DNA of 31,069 nucleotides from a virus (Duplodnaviria; Heunggongvirae; Uroviricota; Caudoviricetes): IMG/VR virus record IMGVR_UViG_2778261543_000009, positions 1 to 31,069 of that record; one strand, 5' to 3'. Shown piece by piece: positions 25,946 to 31,069 of this stretch (position 1 is its first letter; each line of letters starts with the position of its first letter). The notes under the pieces were generated by a model. It saw only the letters and a program-made list of their open reading frames with translations, ran no database searches and was not told where the DNA came from. The position numbers and the translations under genes were made by a program.

Positions 25946-27026
25946 TATCCACTCCCGGCATCGGCAGAGAGTTGTGGATAATTATTTCGTTATTCTCACC
26001 ACCCACGCCTTTTTTGAGGTTTTCAATCTCAGTGCGCAGCTTTTCGTTGCGAAGCCTCAGTCCTTCAAGCTCCAGATCATTGCGACTGTCAGTTGCACCA
26101 CCAGCAGAACTTCCTTTCGTCGCCATTATCAGCTTGATAAGTTCGCGCCGGGCGGCAGCCTTATCCTCCAGCAGGATCTCAACACCAAATTTCCCGAGCT
26201 TTGCCCCTGCATATAATTGCCGCGCCTCCCCATCAAGCAGAGTGGTATCAGCCATATAAAGCTGCCCCGTTCCCTCACCGCAGCACTTCGGGCAGTCCGG
26301 ATTGGGTATGGCGTTATCAACAAAGCCGAGGCCTCCATATTCCGGCTCGGGTTTGCCATCTCTGGAGGCCTGTGCCGCTGCCTTATCGAATTCTGCAATA
26401 TCACGCCACTGGTAGAGATGATTCTCGCCCCAGCAATAACGGCAGTTAACACGGCGAAATTGTGCCAACTGATTGGGGTCGGCCTGGACAATAGCCATCA
26501 ACTGGCTCACCAGTAAATCCAGGTCTGCGGTATAGCGTTTCTGGTACTGATTGCGGAAGTAGCTAATGGCACGATAAACCCTGGCATTTCTAAGCATACG
26601 GCTGGCGTTGCTGTTAGCTGTCGCACCTTGCCCCTCATAACCAGCCAGTCGGTATGCCTCTGTCGGCTTTTTCCCCTGAGCAACCAGCATCGCAAACTTA
26701 GCCTGCTGGTCAGAAATGCCGAATTCATCGGGACAGAATGAAATTTCCTCTGCGTCGCCCTCATTCAGGCACGCATCGGATACTGACTTTTTTATCTGAG
26801 ATTTTCCGTTCCGCTTTTGCGCAGTCTGCGCAGATTTTTTCTGCGCACTTTTTTGCGCAGTTTTGCGCATTTCTGTCTGCGCATTTTTCGGAGGTTTTTT
26901 GATGTAACGACGGGCTGTTGCGTAATTCAGTCCCCTTGCTTCACACCATGCCACCGGAGATATACCGGAGCGGGTGTATTCAGCAATATACTCCTGCTGC
27001 AACGCCCCCCAGTCCGGTCTGCTCAT
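25935..27026 (-). CDS. Terminase small subunit-like protein with N-terminal HTH and C-terminal Cys4 extension
   Basis: 363 aa; segment QQAKFAMLVAQGKKPTEAYRLAGYEGQGATANSNASRMLRNARV fits the small-terminase pattern; Cys pairs CRYC ... CPKCC suggest a zinc ribbon; overlaps the large terminase start by 11 nt. Confidence 0.6.
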   Translation of the reverse strand: MSRPDWGALQQEYIAEYTRSGISPVAWCEARGLNYATARRYIKKPPKNAQTEMRKTAQKSAQKKSAQTAQKRNGKSQIKKSVSDACLNEGDAEEISFCPDEFGISDQQAKFAMLVAQGKKPTEAYRLAGYEGQGATANSNASRMLRNARVYRAISYFRNQYQKRYTADLDLLVSQLMAIVQADPNQLAQFRRVNCRYCWGENHLYQWRDIAEFDKAAAQASRDGKPEPEYGGLGFVDNAIPNPDCPKCCGEGTGQLYMADTTLLDGEARQLYAGAKLGKFGVEILLEDKAAARRELIKLIMATKGSSAGGATDSRNDLELEGLRLRNEKLRTEIENLKKGVGGENNEIIIHNSLPMPGVDNVD

Positions 27027-27029
27027 CAG

Positions 27030-27281
27030 TTAGTCCTGATTTTTATCCACCCTGAGTAGTTCGCGCAGGGCAAAGGCATCCCCTTTTCTGGCAAGCTTAA
27101 ACAATGCCGCCCGTAGCTCGGCTTCACCTTTCGCTCTGCCCTTACGGATGGACGCATAAAAATTTGTCATTGCTTCCCGATTTTCTTTCAGTCGGTTCAG
27201 ATCAACATCCAGAACGTCAGCTATTTGTTGTGCAGTCATCCGGCACGCTGCCAGAGACTCGACTTTCGAATACGGAATCAT
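27030..27281 (-). CDS. Small putative DNA-binding protein (HTH-like)
   Basis: 83 aa with a helix-turn-helix-like stretch TAQQIADVLDVDLNRLKENREA; SD GGGGGTGA before the ATG at 27281; an alternative ATG lies at 27239. Confidence 0.4.
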   Translation of the reverse strand: MIPYSKVESLAACRMTAQQIADVLDVDLNRLKENREAMTNFYASIRKGRAKGEAELRAALFKLARKGDAFALRELLRVDKNQD

Positions 27282-28149
27282 TTGTCACCCCCATTGATAT
27301 GCAGGGTGTCTTCTTCCTGTATTTTTCGTGAAGGATTTTTACTGCAGCGTTGTTCCAGGTGACCTGATGGTGAATGCGTTTATGGCTGGCACCCATCAGT
27401 GAGATTTTTACGCACGACGGCGCATACATGACGGAGTAAAAACTTTTAACGTAGGTTCCGGAATCCAGATACAGCTCGGTCATTCCGCCGCTGTTTTTCT
27501 GCGTCTGTTTCTGCCCTAACTGGACAGCACCGATCGTCATAAACAATTCACCACGGCGACCGAGATTCGTGTACGTATTCACATCCTCGTTAATGCGCCC
27601 CATGAATGAGAACGGTCGCTCGACCGAACAGATAAAGCTGTTCATTGCCTTGCGTTTCACCCATGAAGCATGGCCGCCATTGTCACCAAGAAAATCCCCG
27701 CCCTGCGACATAGCGATGGAAAGAGCAGGTATTGATTCGTAATACGCCAGCATTTCAGAAAGGATCGCATCCAGTTTCCTTATCGGAAAATAGGCCTGGT
27801 CATAGTTGCGATCCACCCGAAACTGAAACTCGTGATAATCATCATCGAGCTGAATGAAGTATTTACACCCGACCAGTTTTGCCAGGTCGAAACAGGCATT
27901 ACGGGCGTAAAAAATTGAGCGGCGGTCACAGAAATTATCGGCTTCGTCAAAACGACTGGCGATATCGGCTTTGGAAAACACCAGCACCTGTTCACCAAAT
28001 TCAGCCATGTACTGATGCCGTGTCTTATCTTCATCATCAACAACGATAAAAATTTTCCCGGTATAGCCAGCACGACGCAACGTCCGGTAAGTCAGAACTT
28101 TGTCCGGTCGCCCGTGAGTCAGAATAAAGGCGCAAAAATCATCACGCAT
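27217..28149 (-). CDS. GT-A-fold glycosyltransferase-like protein (candidate DNA or protein modification enzyme)
   Basis: About 310 aa from the ATG at 28149 (8-nt overlap with the ParB-like stop, SD GGAGGAGG); motifs in the usual GT-A order: FILTHGRPD, IVVDDEDK, QLDDDYHEF (DxD-like); no transmembrane segment. Confidence 0.45.
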   Translation of the reverse strand: MRDDFCAFILTHGRPDKVLTYRTLRRAGYTGKIFIVVDDEDKTRHQYMAEFGEQVLVFSKADIASRFDEADNFCDRRSIFYARNACFDLAKLVGCKYFIQLDDDYHEFQFRVDRNYDQAYFPIRKLDAILSEMLAYYESIPALSIAMSQGGDFLGDNGGHASWVKRKAMNSFICSVERPFSFMGRINEDVNTYTNLGRRGELFMTIGAVQLGQKQTQKNSGGMTELYLDSGTYVKSFYSVMYAPSCVKISLMGASHKRIHHQVTWNNAAVKILHEKYRKKTPCISMGVTNDSVFESRVSGSVPDDCTTNS

Positions 28150-28933
28150 ATTCCTCCTCCTCACCACCATGCATGATCTCCACCATGCGCTGCGTCATCC
28201 GGACAAATCCATTTTCAATAGCCTGCTGATAATCAATGATCACCAGTGCCGACTCCTCGAAAAAACACTGAATTTCAGCGGGGGCGTGAGCGTAATAGTC
28301 CGCAATTCTGCTGAAATTAAACACTGTGTGGCGTTCTGCCGCACACAGGAGGAATTTTTCGATATCAGGATCAAGGGACGCCGAACGTATCCGGCTGACC
28401 AGCTCCTGAGTTTTCGTATCGTCGTACAGTTCGCCGATATCCGGTTTATCGCCTGACGGCTCATAAACAGGTGTATCAATTTTCGTCGTATACGGCTCCT
28501 CCTCATTTTCTGTACCGGGCAAAACATCCGTCAACAGTTCATCAATTTCTGTCGGGCTGAAGCCTGTCAGGGAGACATCAAAATCAGCATTGATTAGGTC
28601 CGACAGCTCCATCCGTAACAGATCTTCATCCCAGCCAGCATTCATCGGCAGGCGATTATCTGCCAGGCGGTACGCCTTTTTCTGATCATCCATCAAACCA
28701 GACAGAACGATGACCGGAATGGAATCCATTTTGAGCACTTCAGCCGCCATAACGCGACCGTGACCAGCAATAATTTCGCCCTTTTCATCAATCAGCACCG
28801 GATTAGTCCAGCCGAATTGCTTAATGCTTTCTACCAGTTGTGCCACCTGCTCAGTGCTGTGTGTCCTGGCGTTGTGTGCATACGGAGACAGTTCTTGTAA
28901 AGGGCGATAGACGATCTTCAATTTCTCGCTCAT
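28142..28933 (-). CDS. ParB-like nuclease domain protein (ParB/Srx fold)
   Basis: 263 aa; N-terminal ...PYAHNARTHS...SIKQFGWTNPVLIDEKGEIIAGHGRVMAAEVLKMDSIPVIVL... matches the ParB N-terminal domain pattern found in phage proteins; followed by GWDEDLLRMELSDL...TGFSPTEIDELL; acidic C-terminus. Confidence 0.7.
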   Translation of the reverse strand: MSEKLKIVYRPLQELSPYAHNARTHSTEQVAQLVESIKQFGWTNPVLIDEKGEIIAGHGRVMAAEVLKMDSIPVIVLSGLMDDQKKAYRLADNRLPMNAGWDEDLLRMELSDLINADFDVSLTGFSPTEIDELLTDVLPGTENEEEPYTTKIDTPVYEPSGDKPDIGELYDDTKTQELVSRIRSASLDPDIEKFLLCAAERHTVFNFSRIADYYAHAPAEIQCFFEESALVIIDYQQAIENGFVRMTQRMVEIMHGGEEEEYA

Positions 28934-29056
28934 ACAGACTCGCTTTATGAATAAAAAAGCCCGCTATCGGCCAGTGCGCTGGGTGCGCGGCGGGTGCTGA
29001 TAACGAGCTTTGACATTATCGCAGCCCCTCACACTGAAGGGCTGCTGTAATGCCTG

Positions 29057-29164
29057 TTACTCACGAATCAAACGAGCATGCTGACCACTCATTTCAATGC
29101 GTAAGTATTGTGGCTTGCCGTCAATCAACGCGGTGATTAACTTGTCACCTGTAGGTTTCCACAT
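29057..29164 (-). CDS. Possible small ORF (35 aa)
   Basis: MWKPTGDKLITALIDGKPQYLRIEMSGQHARLIRE with RBS AGGAG about 8 nt upstream; no other support. Confidence 0.2.
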   Translation of the reverse strand: MWKPTGDKLITALIDGKPQYLRIEMSGQHARLIRE

Positions 29165-29337
29165 AATTTTCTCCTGTTTTAATGCCCCTTGCCGCTGGGC
29201 AGTTGTTCAAATTTCATCTTGATTCGGCAAGATTTAGAATGAATAAGATAAAATTGGCACATGCAGCAGAATTTCATGCTTTCCGGACGCTGGCGCATCC
29301 TTCATTTTTCAGCAAAATATTCTGCTCTTACAGGCGA

Positions 29338-29520
29338 TCAGTTCTGCATACACCGCCGGACACTATCAACAATTTCGCAGACCTGAGAAGCTGTATCGAA
29401 AAGCTGGCGCGCCTTATCCAGGCTGACGCACCCCACCAATAAAAAAGGCACCAGTATCGCTACCAGTGCCCATTTTGCCGCCGCTCGCGGCATTCTGTGT
29501 GTCCAGTGTTTTCGGCTCAT
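29338..29520 (-). CDS. Small lipoprotein (lipobox LLVGC), function unknown
   Basis: 60 aa; signal peptide with lipobox L-V-G-C; mature part about 30 aa with two further Cys and no Pro-rich region; its start is 1 nt after the stop of the upstream membrane peptide. Confidence 0.45.
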   Translation of the reverse strand: MSRKHWTHRMPRAAAKWALVAILVPFLLVGCVSLDKARQLFDTASQVCEIVDSVRRCMQN

Positions 29521-29521
29521 A

Positions 29522-29635
29522 TCACCACCAACGCACAGCCCAAATCAGAACAGCGACCGCCACAAGGCGAATTGCAAAGGCCGCAGCCCTTGTCAAATCA
29601 AGGCTCGCGGGAGTTTCCACTTCAATACCTTTCAT
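29522..29635 (-). CDS. Small single-transmembrane peptide (37 aa), coupled to the lipoprotein gene
   Basis: MKGIEVETPASLDLTRAAAFAIRLVAVAVLIWAVRWW; GAGG about 9 nt upstream; sits directly downstream of conserved hairpin E2. Confidence 0.3.
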   Translation of the reverse strand: MKGIEVETPASLDLTRAAAFAIRLVAVAVLIWAVRWW

Positions 29636-29726
29636 AATGGACAACCTCAAAAAGAATCTTTTATACTTTCCCACGAGGATTTTCTCCGTACTCACTACTC
29701 ACAATTTCCTCTTTGACGTGAAAACT

Positions 29727-29761
29727 AAAAACCCCGGACTGTTCCAGCAGCCGGGGTTTTT
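29727..29761 (-). terminator. Conserved hairpin element E2, bidirectional terminator-like, about 100 nt downstream of the endolysin gene
   Basis: AAAAACCCCGG ... CCGGGGTTTTT (11-bp stem) with loop ACTGTTCCAGCAG; U-runs follow on both strands; 29/33 identical to E1 (9825-9857). Confidence 0.5.
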
Positions 29762-29861
29762 GCTATCTGATGCTTGATGCTGTACCCCTTACTTTCACTC
29801 ATCGTAACCCCAGAAAAGAGCCTGCGTGAGTTGAGGGTGTTCAGCACTTCAGCGTCAGTTT

Positions 29862-30407
29862 TTAAACTGCTACGCGCTCTTTCATCCAGCCGTAGACAAA
29901 CGACTCGTTGGCCTCGCGTTTTTCTGCCAGCTCCAGATAGCGGTCGCCCTGCGTGCAATTCAGCGCCTTCAGCATCACCAGTTCGCCGTCTTTGCCACGT
30001 TTTTGCAGATAAGTCCGTAGTGCATTAATCGTGCGGGGGCCGATACGCCCGTCTGCGTCCATATCCGGGAACAATTTGCCTTGCAGGTTGAAAACGTTCA
30101 GCCAGCGTTGGAGCATTTTCGATGCTACGGACGGCCCCATATTCACACCGGTATCACACAACTCTGCAGCAATATCAGAGGATAATGCGGCCACCTGATC
30201 AAAGCGTGGTCCGAACCAGTAATCCGCCTCAAGGATTTCCAGCGCCTGTTCGCGTGTCAGGTCACGCATATCGCCCTGATATCCGTGAGCGCGGGCGACT
30301 TTTTCCGTAATACCCCATTTTGTCGGTCCGCCTTTATCATCCGGGTGATTGACGTAACCGCCCTCTTTTCCCAGAACTTCGTCAAAAATTTCATCTTTCG
30401 ACTTCAT
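29862..30407 (-). CDS. Endolysin, GH108 lysozyme-like with C-terminal peptidoglycan-binding domain
   Basis: N-terminal motif VLGKEGGYVNHPDDKGGPTKWGIT is the GH108 signature; no N-terminal transmembrane/SAR segment; the track start at 30428 is a TTG, the ATG at 30407 has SD GAAGG. Confidence 0.8.
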   Translation of the reverse strand: MKSKDEIFDEVLGKEGGYVNHPDDKGGPTKWGITEKVARAHGYQGDMRDLTREQALEILEADYWFGPRFDQVAALSSDIAAELCDTGVNMGPSVASKMLQRWLNVFNLQGKLFPDMDADGRIGPRTINALRTYLQKRGKDGELVMLKALNCTQGDRYLELAEKREANESFVYGWMKERVAV

Positions 30408-30408
30408 A

Positions 30409-30687
30409 TCAGCGCCTTCGTAATACAAAGATTTTTGTGACGTTCCCGCGTGCGCGTATCACCAGCACGCAGAACAGCAGGTTAAAAAGCACTTCCAGCC
30501 AGCCCGTTGCTAACGGGCGACCACACAGATAGCTGAGGGGCGCAAAGGCATACAGCAGCATCAGCAGCCAGGCCAGCCATGACATCAGCGGTTTATGTCT
30601 GGAATCACGGCGACGATAAAAAAAGAGCGTCAGCACGATAACCGTGCATAACGCTACATTCAGCAATCCGGGAATGTTACTTAACAT
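30409..30687 (-). CDS. Holin-like membrane protein (second lysis membrane protein, possible holin or antiholin)
   Basis: About 92 aa from the ATG at 30687 (SD GGAGGAGG), three predicted transmembrane segments; lies between the holin and the endolysin. Confidence 0.45.
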   Translation of the reverse strand: MLSNIPGLLNVALCTVIVLTLFFYRRRDSRHKPLMSWLAWLLMLLYAFAPLSYLCGRPLATGWLEVLFNLLFCVLVIRARGNVTKIFVLRRR

Positions 30688-31069
30688 TGCCGCCTCCTCC
30701 ACCCCGCAGACGGGAGAACAGGCCGGACACCAGTGATGCAATATCCTGCTGGTGGATGAACGAGAGAATCTTCACCGACACCACTGACACCAGCACTGCA
30801 CACAGTGCGTCGACAGGCGCACCGTCAAACCCTGTATGCTTTACCAGCCAGGATGCCAGAACCTCTGCGCCCAGCACGCCGATAATGAACGACACCAGAA
30901 AATGCGCCGCCACACGCCAGGCTGAAAGCGCCTGCGGCATCGTTGCCACAAATAACGCCCCGGCGAACGCACCAAACACAATCCCGAAATCCGTTCCGGT
31001 AAACAGCCCGAATACCGTCGCCCCGCCGAGCGCCACAGCCGTGCCGGAACCGGATAAGGGTTCAGACAT
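30677..31069 (-). CDS. Putative holin
   Basis: 130 aa, three Gly-rich hydrophobic segments; first gene of the lysis cassette; its start codon is the last three bases of the window. Confidence 0.5.
   Translation of the reverse strand: MSEPLSGSGTAVALGGATVFGLFTGTDFGIVFGAFAGALFVATMPQALSAWRVAAHFLVSFIIGVLGAEVLASWLVKHTGFDGAPVDALCAVLVSVVSVKILSFIHQQDIASLVSGLFSRLRGGGGGNVK

Noticed and set aside
29017-29045. Hairpin GCAGCCC-(11 nt loop)-GGGCTGC upstream of the ParB-like gene
   Set aside because: No U-run follows on either strand, so it is not a convincing terminator; function undetermined.
29182-29442. 86-aa plus-strand ORF antisense to the lipoprotein gene
   Set aside because: No SD (it is preceded by the complement of the minus-strand RBS), whereas the minus-strand ORFs have a lipobox and translational coupling.
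1-31069. CRISPR arrays, rRNA or tRNA genes, integrase or transposase
   Set aside because: No regularly spaced direct repeats outside coding tandem repeats, no cloverleaf-compatible tRNA candidates, and no recombinase-like ORFs were seen; the window covers only late genes.
1-31069. Both window edges coincide exactly with start codons (ATG at 1-3 on the plus strand, ATG at 31067-31069 on the minus strand)
   Set aside because: This is how the window was cut, not a biological boundary; it does mean promoters of the terminal genes are not visible.

Overview
The window is the late (lysis, packaging, head, contractile tail) region of a prophage with a Mu-like head module and a myovirus-type tail, almost entirely encoded on the minus strand. 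Reading 31069 down to 823 the order is: holin, second holin-like protein, GH108 endolysin, ParB-like nuclease-domain protein, GT-A-like protein, small and large terminase, portal, Mu F-like protein, protease/scaffold, major capsid, head-tail proteins, sheath, tube, frameshifted chaperone, tape measure, baseplate, and two tail fiber/chaperone pairs. Base composition (about 50% GC, versus about 35% in the cargo genes) suggests an enterobacterial host, but that is a guess. No integrase, transposase, rRNA, tRNA or CRISPR array was found, so prophage boundaries cannot be set from this window. Gene-family calls rest on motifs read by eye and on synteny; no database search was run. The most interesting features are accessory: (1) a ParB-like protein overlapping a gene with glycosyltransferase GT-A-like motifs just upstream of the terminase, a candidate DNA-modification or anti-restriction module; (2) a conserved 33-nt hairpin present twice about 20 kb apart, each followed by a small membrane-peptide ORF translationally coupled to a downstream gene; (3) an AT-rich moron (secreted DUF1311/LprI-like protein with its own promoter, terminator and a hairpin that occludes its ribosome-binding site) plus an opposite-strand antirepressor-like gene inserted in the baseplate operon; (4) tandem paralogous 32-48 aa membrane peptides; (5) a T8 slippery run in the tail assembly chaperone; (6) an AT-rich orphan gene on the plus strand beyond the tail fibers. 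Both window ends fall on start codons, so flanking context is missing.
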